Assembly (NCBI GenBank): GCA_963773315.1
Contig: CAVZAF010000010.1
Location: 42,151 to 106,150 of the forward strand
Source of the DNA: an uncultured Acidimicrobiales bacterium
Lineage (GTDB): Bacteria; Actinomycetota; Acidimicrobiia; Acidimicrobiales; DATKAS01
DNA length: 64,000 bases
Reading direction: 5' to 3'
Part shown: piece after piece, positions 10,890 to 18,537 of the stretch
Layout: every line of letters starts with the position of its first letter
Position numbering within the stretch: the stretch's first letter is position 1
Program-made: the position numbers and the translations under genes
The notes under the pieces: generated by a model
Seen by the model: the letters and a program-made list of their open reading frames with translations, nothing else
Databases searched by the model: none
Told to the model about the DNA's origin: nothing

Positions 10890-11252
10890 ATGATGAGACG
10901 TATGGGCCGACCGGGTCTAGTCGGCACGATGGCCCGCACCGCGGTGGTCGCCGGCACGGCGACCGCAGTCGTTGGTGGCATGTCGAAGCACTCGGCGGGC
11001 AAGCAGCAGCAAGCCGCTGATGCAGCCGCGTACCAGCAGGAGCAGCAGCAAGCCCAGATGCAGGCGATGGCGCAGCAGGCCGCGGCAGAGCAAGCCGCCG
11101 CGCAGGCCGCCGCGGCACCTCCGCCTCCGCCCGCGGCTCCCGCGAATGACCTCACCTCGCAGCTGCAGCAGCTCGCGACGCTCAAGGAGCAAGGCATCTT
11201 GAGCGACGAGGAGTTCGCCGCCGCCAAGGCGAAGCTCCTCTCCGGCGGCTGA
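10890..11252 (+). CDS. SHOCT domain-containing protein
   Basis: ARTAVVAGTATAV N-terminus, Q/A/P-rich linker, QLQQLATLKEQGILSDEEFAAAKAKLL. Confidence 0.88.
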   Translation: MMRRMGRPGLVGTMARTAVVAGTATAVVGGMSKHSAGKQQQAADAAAYQQEQQQAQMQAMAQQAAAEQAAAQAAAAPPPPPAAPANDLTSQLQQLATLKEQGILSDEEFAAAKAKLLSGG

Positions 11253-11307
11253 TCACTCGCAGACGTCGCGGGCGTCGGTGACATCACTGAGCTGAAAGGC
11301 GGCACCG

Positions 11308-12549
11308 ATGCCCTGGAGGAAGATCGGCACCATCGCCCTCGTCATCATCACGAGCCTCTTCGTGTTGGTGGCGTCCGTCGCGGTCTGGGGCAAGCGCACC
11401 CTCTTCGACACGAAGCGCTTCACCGCGGTCGTCGCGTCCGTCGTTGCGGATCCTGCCGTCACGAACGCGATGGCGACCCGGCTGACAGACAGCGTGTTCG
11501 ACGCCGCGCAAAGCAGCGGTGTGGTCGCCGACAACACACCCCAGCAGCTGCAGCCTCTTCTGCCCGTGCTGCGGGGCGCGTTGCGAGGGGTCGTGAGCGA
11601 CCAGGTCGAGAAGTTCCTGGCCTCCGACACTGGCCAGCAGATCATGGTGCGCGCGGTCAGCCGTTCCCACGCTGCCGCGATGCGCGTGCTCGCGGGTGAG
11701 AAGCCGGGCAATGCGGTCAACATCGAGAACGGCTCCGTGGTGCTCAACCTCGTGCCCGCCGTCAACGCGGTGCTCGGACGGCTGCAGGATCGCGGTGTCC
11801 TGACCAACAAGAACCTGCCCACTCTCAACGACTCACAGAGCCCGCAACAGCAGATCAGCGCGCTCAGCACCGCGCTCGGCGTCGACCTGAAGCCGACATT
11901 CGGGCAGATCACGGTGTACCAGAACGCGAAGATCGACCACGCCGAGAGCTACGTGGCGCTGGCGCAGAAGGTCGCGAAGCAGTTCAAGCGGCTGGTCGTG
12001 CTGATCGTGCTCGTCGCGCTCGTGCTGATCGCCGTCACGATCCTCGTGGCCTACGACCGGCGCCGCGCCGTGATCATGTTGGGCATCGGCGTCGCTTTCG
12101 CGGTGGTGCTCTCGCAGATCGTGGAGAAACGGCTCGTCCAACGAATCCCGTTGCTGCTCACCGACGCGGACTCGCGGGCTGCCGCCCAGAGCGTGATCTC
12201 GGCGTTCACGCACAGCCTGGGCAATGTGAACGTCGCCCTCTTCGTCGTCGGCCTTCTCGCGGCGCTGATCGGCTTCATGGCGAGGCCAGGAGGGGTCGAC
12301 CTCAAGGGCCACCCGGAGGCCGCCCGCATCGCCATCGGCGCTCTCGCGCTCGGCGCGCTCTGGATCGCCGGTCTGCACTTCTGGTCGGTGATCTTGGTCG
12401 TCGCGTTCGTCATCGTCGGCTTCGGGGCGGTGGCCCGCGCCGAGCAGCTCGACAAGGGGGAGCCCCCCTCGGAGCCGCCCTCGCCGCCCGAGCCGCTGTC
12501 GCCGCCCGAGCCGCCGGTCAGCTCGACTTCGGCGCCGACTTCTTCTTGA
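11308..12549 (+). CDS. Hypothetical integral membrane protein
   Basis: N-terminal TM, extracytoplasmic domain, about 5 C-terminal TMs, Pro-rich tail; coding-like codon usage. Confidence 0.75.
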   Translation: MPWRKIGTIALVIITSLFVLVASVAVWGKRTLFDTKRFTAVVASVVADPAVTNAMATRLTDSVFDAAQSSGVVADNTPQQLQPLLPVLRGALRGVVSDQVEKFLASDTGQQIMVRAVSRSHAAAMRVLAGEKPGNAVNIENGSVVLNLVPAVNAVLGRLQDRGVLTNKNLPTLNDSQSPQQQISALSTALGVDLKPTFGQITVYQNAKIDHAESYVALAQKVAKQFKRLVVLIVLVALVLIAVTILVAYDRRRAVIMLGIGVAFAVVLSQIVEKRLVQRIPLLLTDADSRAAAQSVISAFTHSLGNVNVALFVVGLLAALIGFMARPGGVDLKGHPEAARIAIGALALGALWIAGLHFWSVILVVAFVIVGFGAVARAEQLDKGEPPSEPPSPPEPLSPPEPPVSSTSAPTSS

Positions 12550-12769
12550 GCGGAGCGATCTGCGAGCCGTCGAGCTGGCCGATGTCGACACCGTTCTCGA
12601 AGTGCACCCAGTAGCGCAGGCGGTTGAACCCGTTGACGAGCATCACCTTGCCCTTGGTGCCCGTCGGCACGTTCGGCAGGTCGACGATCGCCTCGCACTT
12701 CGCGCCCACCTTGAGCTCGATCTGACCGGTGAGCGGGTTCGCGAGCTTGTGGGGAGTCCAGCTGGGCAC
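12518..12769 (-). CDS. Small hypothetical protein (SH3-like beta pattern)
   Basis: KVGAKCEAIVDLPNVPTGTKGKV...RYWVHFENG; start uncertain (GTG 12769). Confidence 0.6.
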   Translation of the reverse strand: MPSWTPHKLANPLTGQIELKVGAKCEAIVDLPNVPTGTKGKVMLVNGFNRLRYWVHFENGVDIGQLDGSQIAPLKKKSAPKSS

Positions 12770-12780
12770 GGGAGGCGACG

Positions 12781-13851
12781 CTAGTCGGCTGCCAGCGTCG
12801 CCTCCGCGGTGCGTTGCATGCGGGCGACGGCCTGGGTGGGGGACAGCTCGCCCTTCAGCGCGGCGTTGATCGACGACCACCCGGCGTCCTCGATCTCCGG
12901 GAACCGCGGAAGTGGCGGATAGGTGATCATCCCGTCAGCGATGGTCGCGCGGATGATGTCGAGGCGGGCAGCGTCGACGGCATCGAGCGGCGTGACCGAA
13001 GCGAACGCATCGACATGGGCGCACACGGTGCCGCTCTCCGCGTCGAGCGCATGCGCCTCGAACGAGGACAGGCGCCGGATCGCGTCGAGCGCCGCGGGCA
13101 CGTCTCCGCAGGTGCGCGGCATCGCCCACGCGTGACACCCCGAGTACGAGCGAAGGCCGGCCGGCCCGGAGAGGTACGGATGGGGCGACAGGTGAGGAGC
13201 GGCCCACGATCCGCGGAGTGCCGCAAAGCCGCCCGGCCAGGTCGCGGCCATGTCGACGATGCCGGCACCGAGCGCGGCGTCGACGTCGTCGTAGTGCCAC
13301 GACGGCAACGCGTTCGGGCCGCGGTGGGCGATGCGGCAGAGCGCGTCAACAGCCTCGACCGCGTGCGTGGTCTCGAGCGTGGGCTGCTGGTCGGAGTCGA
13401 AGAGCGCACCGCCGTGCGATGCGACATGTTCGAAGAACGTGCCGAAGAGGCCCGATTCGCGTCCCGTGAAGCCGAAGACCGCGTCGGCACGAAGCAGCGC
13501 CTCCCACGTGAGCGGGGGATCGTCGAGGCGGTCGTGCGCCCACATCACGCGCACGTCGACGTTGCGGGGCACGCACAGCAGCGCACCGTCGTAGGTGCAC
13601 AGGTCGACGGCTCGCGGAGCGAGGCCGCGCCCGAGCTCGGGATCGAGTCGGGTGAGCCACTGCGCCTGTGACGGCGCGTACTTCGAGTGCGTCGACAGGA
13701 CATCGATGCGCTCCCCGGCCGCCAGCAGCTCGGCGACTGCTCGGTTCAACGTCGGATGGTCCGCATGCACGACGACGTCGGCGTCGGCGGGAAGCAGCGA
13801 GTAGAGCCCGTCGTACATCGGCCCGCCCACGAGTGCGACGCGCAACGCCAT
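12781..13851 (-). CDS. ABC-type extracellular solute-binding family protein (sugar-binding-like, no evident signal peptide)
   Basis: DVLSTHSKY, LLCVPRNVDVR, PPLTWEAL, MAATWPG, A-LKGELSPTQA C-terminus. Confidence 0.7.
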   Translation of the reverse strand: MALRVALVGGPMYDGLYSLLPADADVVVHADHPTLNRAVAELLAAGERIDVLSTHSKYAPSQAQWLTRLDPELGRGLAPRAVDLCTYDGALLCVPRNVDVRVMWAHDRLDDPPLTWEALLRADAVFGFTGRESGLFGTFFEHVASHGGALFDSDQQPTLETTHAVEAVDALCRIAHRGPNALPSWHYDDVDAALGAGIVDMAATWPGGFAALRGSWAAPHLSPHPYLSGPAGLRSYSGCHAWAMPRTCGDVPAALDAIRRLSSFEAHALDAESGTVCAHVDAFASVTPLDAVDAARLDIIRATIADGMITYPPLPRFPEIEDAGWSSINAALKGELSPTQAVARMQRTAEATLAAD

Positions 13852-13937
13852 GTCGACGCTCCCTTCATTTCCGTCCGGCCGTCGCGGATAGCCTCGCCGC
13901 AGTCCAGCACCGAGCCAGCATCTAGGGGGAGAGAGCC

Positions 13938-14981
13938 ATGAAGCTCAGCATGCAGCTCAGCTACGCGGGTGGGTTCAAAGAGGCAGCGAAGCAGGTCGTC
14001 GACCTCGAGAAGGCGGGCCTCGACGTCGTGTGGGTCGCGGAGGCGTACACGTTCGACGCGATCAGCCAGATGGGATACCTCGCTGCGATCACCGACCGCG
14101 TCGAGATCGGGTCGGGGATCGTGAACGTATTCTCCCGCACGCCGACGTTGCTCGGCATGACTGCGGCGGGCCTCGACTTCGTGAGCGACGGACGCTGCAT
14201 CCTCGGTCTCGGCGCCTCGGGACCGCAGGTCGTCGAGGGCTTCCACGGTGTCCCCTACGAGAAGCCGCTCATGCGCATCAAAGAGACGATCGAGGTCGTC
14301 CGGCGAGTCCTCCGTCGCGAGGTCATCGACTTCCACGGCCAGACGATCGACATCCCGCTGCCCGAGGGTCAGGGCACGGGCCTCGGCAAGCCGCTGAAGC
14401 TGATCAACCGTCCGGTGCGTCCCGCGGTCCCGATCTGGTGGGCGTCGCTGATGGGCAATGCGGTCGCCGCGACGGCTGAAGTGGCCGACGGCTGGCTGCC
14501 GATCATGTTCATCCCCGAGAAGGCGATGAGCGTCTGGGGTGACGACCTGAAGCGCGGCCTCGCGAAGCGCTCGCCTGACTTGCCGCCGCTCGACGTCTCC
14601 GCGGGCGGCATGCTCGCGATCGGCGACGACCTTCCCGTCGAGAAGATCCGTGACATGGGGCGGCCCGGCACGGCGCTGTACGTCGGCGGCATGGGGGCGC
14701 GTGGCAAGAACTTCTACAACGACCTCGCCGTGCGCTATGGCTTCGATCAAGCCGCGAAGGAGATCCAGGACCTCTACCTCGACGGCAAGAAGGAAGAGGC
14801 GGCGGCGAAGGTGCCCGAGGAGTGGCTCGAGAAGACCTCGCTGGTCGGCCCCGCCTCCTACATCGCTGAACGAGTCGCGGCGTACAAGGAGGCTGGTGTC
14901 ACAGTGCTCAACGTGAACCCCGTCGGCTCAGATCCGGTCAAGGCCATCGATCAGATCCGCGAGATCGTCGACGCGGCATGA
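13938..14981 (+). CDS. LLM class F420-dependent oxidoreductase
   Basis: VWVAEAY, RTPTLLGMTAAGLD, LGLGASGPQVVEGFHG, ALYVGGMGARGKNFYN. Confidence 0.92.
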   Translation: MKLSMQLSYAGGFKEAAKQVVDLEKAGLDVVWVAEAYTFDAISQMGYLAAITDRVEIGSGIVNVFSRTPTLLGMTAAGLDFVSDGRCILGLGASGPQVVEGFHGVPYEKPLMRIKETIEVVRRVLRREVIDFHGQTIDIPLPEGQGTGLGKPLKLINRPVRPAVPIWWASLMGNAVAATAEVADGWLPIMFIPEKAMSVWGDDLKRGLAKRSPDLPPLDVSAGGMLAIGDDLPVEKIRDMGRPGTALYVGGMGARGKNFYNDLAVRYGFDQAAKEIQDLYLDGKKEEAAAKVPEEWLEKTSLVGPASYIAERVAAYKEAGVTVLNVNPVGSDPVKAIDQIREIVDAA

Positions 14982-16147
14982 CCGACGTCGCGACTCCCAC
15001 CATCGGCGGCACTGTCGAGCCCGGCTTCGAGGCCGTGCGCGACGCGTTCGTCCGCAACTTCACCCAACACGGCGAGCTCGGCGCGCAGGTCGCGGTGCAC
15101 GTCAACGGCAAGAAGGTGGTCGACCTCTGGGGCGGCGTCGCCGATCCGGCGACCGGTCGGGCCTACGACGACCGCACGCTGCAGCTCGTGTTCTCGACCA
15201 CGAAAGGCGCCACGGCGGTCTGCGTCGCGCTGCTCGCGCAGCGGGGCGAGATCGACTACGACGCGAAGGTCGCCGACTACTGGCCCGAGTTCGCGGCCGA
15301 GGGAAAGGGTGAGATCCCCGTGCGCGTGCTCATGTCGCACCGCGCCGGCCTCCCGGTGATCGACCGCACGCTCACGGCCGACGAGGTCTTCGCATGGACG
15401 CCGGTCATCGAAGCGCTGGCCGCGCAGGCGCCCGTGTGGGAGCCCGGCACGAAGCACGGGTACCACGCCGTCACGTACGGCCATCTCGCCGGAGAGCTCG
15501 TGCGCCGTGTCAGTGGCAAGAGCCTCGGCACCTTCTTCGCCGACGAGGTCGCGAAGCCGCTGGGGCTCGACTTCTGGATCGGGCTGCCGGCGTCGCAAGA
15601 GTCGCGCGTTGCTCCGCTCGTGCCGTCACCACCGCCGCCGCCCGAGATAGAGGCGATGATGTCCCAGTTCATGGGCCCCGACAGCTTGGCGGGCCGCGCT
15701 CTGTCGCTCGGGGGTGCACTCGGCGCGAGCGCAGGAAACATGGTCTTCAACACGCCTGCGCTGCACGCGGCAGAGATCCCGGCCGCGAACGGCATCACCA
15801 ACGCAATGTCGCTCTCTCGCATGTACGCGGCCTGCGTGTCCGAGGTCGACGGCACCCGCTTGCTGACCCCCGAGACAGTGGCCAAGGTGAGCGAGACGCA
15901 GACAAGTGGACCCGACCAGGTGCTCATGCTCGAGTCGACGTTCGGCCTCGGCTTCATGACGTCGGGGATCATGACGCCGATGCTCGGCTCGTCGTCGTTC
16001 GGCCACGCCGGCGCCGGCGGCTCACTCGGCTTCGGCGATGCCGACAGCGGAGTCGCGTTCGGCTACGTCATGAACCAGATGCAGATGAACCTCGCGGGCG
16101 ACCCGCGCCCCGCGGGCCTCATCGACGCTGTGAAGGCGAGCCTCTAG
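14978..16147 (+). CDS. Serine hydrolase (beta-lactamase-family esterase)
   Basis: FSTTK (SxxK), HGYHAVTYG, FGHAGAGGS. Confidence 0.92.
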   Translation: MTDVATPTIGGTVEPGFEAVRDAFVRNFTQHGELGAQVAVHVNGKKVVDLWGGVADPATGRAYDDRTLQLVFSTTKGATAVCVALLAQRGEIDYDAKVADYWPEFAAEGKGEIPVRVLMSHRAGLPVIDRTLTADEVFAWTPVIEALAAQAPVWEPGTKHGYHAVTYGHLAGELVRRVSGKSLGTFFADEVAKPLGLDFWIGLPASQESRVAPLVPSPPPPPEIEAMMSQFMGPDSLAGRALSLGGALGASAGNMVFNTPALHAAEIPAANGITNAMSLSRMYAACVSEVDGTRLLTPETVAKVSETQTSGPDQVLMLESTFGLGFMTSGIMTPMLGSSSFGHAGAGGSLGFGDADSGVAFGYVMNQMQMNLAGDPRPAGLIDAVKASL

Positions 16148-17112
16148 CGCGAGCGGACGCCGCTCAGCCGGTCGATCACCGTTTCGGCCTCGGCCACGAG
16201 CTGACGCACGAGCTCGCCCGCTGGGACGAGCTCGTCGATCGCGCCCGCGCCCTGTCCGCAGGGAAAGAACTCGCGGGTGGGGTCGACCTTCGTGTGCTCG
16301 TCGCCGCCGAGATGGGCGACACCCGCCTGCGTGGACGCGACCATCTGCTGCGGGAACGGCTTGAGCTCGTCGGGATGCTCCTCGAAGTGCTGTGTCCACT
16401 CGTTGCGCACGACGCGGCACGTCTTGCCCGTGTACGACCGTGAGATCACGGTGCCGTCCTCGGCGAGCCCGAGGAGCACGTCCTTGTAGCCGGGAACCGC
16501 ACGCGCCTCGGGAGTCGCGATGAACCTCGTGCCGATCCACACGCCGTCAGCGCCGAGCGCGAGCGATGCCGCGAGCCCGCGGCCGTCGAACAACCCGCCC
16601 GCGGCGACGACCGGCACACGCTCGCCGACCGCGTCGACGACCTGGGGGACGAGCGCCATGGTCGCGACGAGCCCGGTGTGCCCCCCGGCTTCGGTGCCCT
16701 GGGCGACGACGATGTCGCAGCCCGCCTCGACGGCAGCGGTCGCGTGTCGCACCTTCCCGCACATGCTCGCGACGAGGACGTTGCTCTGATGGCAGAGGTC
16801 GATGACGTCGCGCGGGATGCCGAGGCCGGCGACGAAGACCCGTGCCCCGCCGTCGATCACCGACTGCACCTGGCTCTCGACCTGGCCCGCGACGGCGGTG
16901 AGCAGGTCGACGCCGAACGGCTTGCTCGTCAGCGATCGGGTCTTCGCGATCTCTTCGATCATCCCCTCGTGGCCCATCGTCGAGGCGCCGAGGCAGCCGA
17001 AGCCGCCGGCCTCTGAGACAGCCGAGGCGAGGCGGTGGTACGAGACCCCTCCCATGCCGGCGAGCATCACGGGGTGCTCGATCTCGAGCACGTCGGTCAG
17101 GCGGGTGCGCAT
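16144..17112 (-). CDS. Nitronate monooxygenase / FabK-like flavoprotein
   Basis: PVMLAGMGGV, AQGTEAGGHTG, VVAAGG, GVWIGTRF. Confidence 0.9.
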   Translation of the reverse strand: MRTRLTDVLEIEHPVMLAGMGGVSYHRLASAVSEAGGFGCLGASTMGHEGMIEEIAKTRSLTSKPFGVDLLTAVAGQVESQVQSVIDGGARVFVAGLGIPRDVIDLCHQSNVLVASMCGKVRHATAAVEAGCDIVVAQGTEAGGHTGLVATMALVPQVVDAVGERVPVVAAGGLFDGRGLAASLALGADGVWIGTRFIATPEARAVPGYKDVLLGLAEDGTVISRSYTGKTCRVVRNEWTQHFEEHPDELKPFPQQMVASTQAGVAHLGGDEHTKVDPTREFFPCGQGAGAIDELVPAGELVRQLVAEAETVIDRLSGVRSR

Positions 17113-17147
17113 GGCGCGCATCGTATTGGCCCTGTTGGCGCACGCGG

Positions 17148-17194
17148 CGAGGCCCGTCACCTCCCCGGGGGGACGAGAGAGGTGACGGGCCTCG
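17148..17194 (-). terminator. Perfect 16-bp inverted repeat, probable intrinsic terminator or RNA-stabilising hairpin
   Basis: cgaggcccgtcacctc-N15-gaggtgacgggcctcg downstream of the FAD reductase gene; no U-tract. Confidence 0.65.
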
Positions 17195-17241
17195 ACCAGG
17201 TGAGGTCACGCCGCGCGACCGGCGTGGCTCGGTTGTTGGGC

Positions 17242-18528
17242 TCAGGGTACGGAAGGCGCGTTTCCGCTTTGTGTCGTCGCAGTGAATGCCGCGGGTCCGT
17301 CGTCTGCCGCCGCGAAGGCTCCGTCGCGGTCAAGGAAGTGGCGGTGCCATCGCCCCGGTGTGAGCACCACGGCTCGGGGCTCGTCCTCGAAGAGCCAGCG
17401 GGCGAAGTTGCGCCGCGTCCAATGGGACGAGCCTGCGATGCGGATGGCGCCGCGAGCGCCGCTGCGACTCGCGAGGACCTTGCCGAGCGCGACCGACATG
17501 TGGTGATCGGCGACGAGCTCACGGTGCACCGCTCGCTCGTAGCCCGCGGCGACGACGGCGGAGTCGGCGCTTCCCGTCTCGAGGATCGCCTCCGCGGCGA
17601 GGACGCCGGTGAGCAGTGCTTGCCCGATTCCTTCACCGGTGAGCCGATCAGTCGCCCCCGCGGCGTCGCCGACGAACAGCGCGCGGCCTGATGACAGTGG
17701 GAGCGTCCCGATCCGCGCGGGGATCGGCCACGCCTTGTGCGGCGCTTCGGCGACCGCGTCGGGGCCGAGCACCGATCGGATGTGGGGCCGGGCGAGCAAG
17801 TCGGGCCACAGCTGCTTCATCGCTTGCGTCGAGATCGCCCCACCGCGCGGGATTCCGAACCCGACGTTCGCGCGTCCGCCACCGAGGGGGAACGACCAGG
17901 CGTAGCCCGGCAGCAGGTCGGTCTCGAACCACACCCACAGCTGTGTCGCCGTCTCCGGGCCGACGTGCGCGAAGTACTGGCGGAACGCGTGCCACTCGCC
18001 GAGGTAGCCGGCCTCCCCGGAGCCCAGCATCTTTCGCAGCGACGACCACATGCCGTCAGCACCGATCGCCATGTCGGCGTGCACGATGCCGAGGCCTTCG
18101 ACCTCGATCTCGATCGCGTCGGCGTGCTGGTGCACCCCGGTCAGCGCGGCGCCTTCGTGCACCTCGGCGCCGGCATCGCGAGCACGATCCAGGAGCAGCG
18201 CGTCGAGCTCGGAGCGACGGACGACGGCCGCGTAGACCCCGCGCCCTCGTGGCAGCGGCAGCTCGACGACGCGTCCCGATGGCGATCGCACCCACGCGGC
18301 ATCGACGGCCTGCCATGACGGCAAGTGGAGGGGCGACACACCGAGCTGCTCGAGCAACCGAAGCGCGCCGGTCGTGAGCCCGTCGCCACAGCACTTGTCA
18401 CGCGGGAAAGTGGCCTTGTCGATCAGCGCGACGCGCGCGCCCGCCTTCGCGAGGGTGATCGCGGCGGCACTGCCCGCCGGGCCCGCGCCGACGACAGCAA
18501 CGTCGACTTCGGTTACGGACACGGCCAC
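17242..18528 (-). CDS. Geranylgeranyl-reductase family FAD oxidoreductase (MenJ-like)
   Basis: VVGAGPAGS, FPRDKCCGDG, GYAWSFP, VGDAAG...GEGIGQA. Confidence 0.88.
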   Translation of the reverse strand: MAVSVTEVDVAVVGAGPAGSAAAITLAKAGARVALIDKATFPRDKCCGDGLTTGALRLLEQLGVSPLHLPSWQAVDAAWVRSPSGRVVELPLPRGRGVYAAVVRRSELDALLLDRARDAGAEVHEGAALTGVHQHADAIEIEVEGLGIVHADMAIGADGMWSSLRKMLGSGEAGYLGEWHAFRQYFAHVGPETATQLWVWFETDLLPGYAWSFPLGGGRANVGFGIPRGGAISTQAMKQLWPDLLARPHIRSVLGPDAVAEAPHKAWPIPARIGTLPLSSGRALFVGDAAGATDRLTGEGIGQALLTGVLAAEAILETGSADSAVVAAGYERAVHRELVADHHMSVALGKVLASRSGARGAIRIAGSSHWTRRNFARWLFEDEPRAVVLTPGRWHRHFLDRDGAFAAADDGPAAFTATTQSGNAPSVP

Positions 18529-18537
18529 CCGCTGAGA

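Noticed and set aside
14978-16147. Beta-lactamase resistance gene
   Set aside because: No signal peptide, and the motifs fit the cytoplasmic family VIII esterase type
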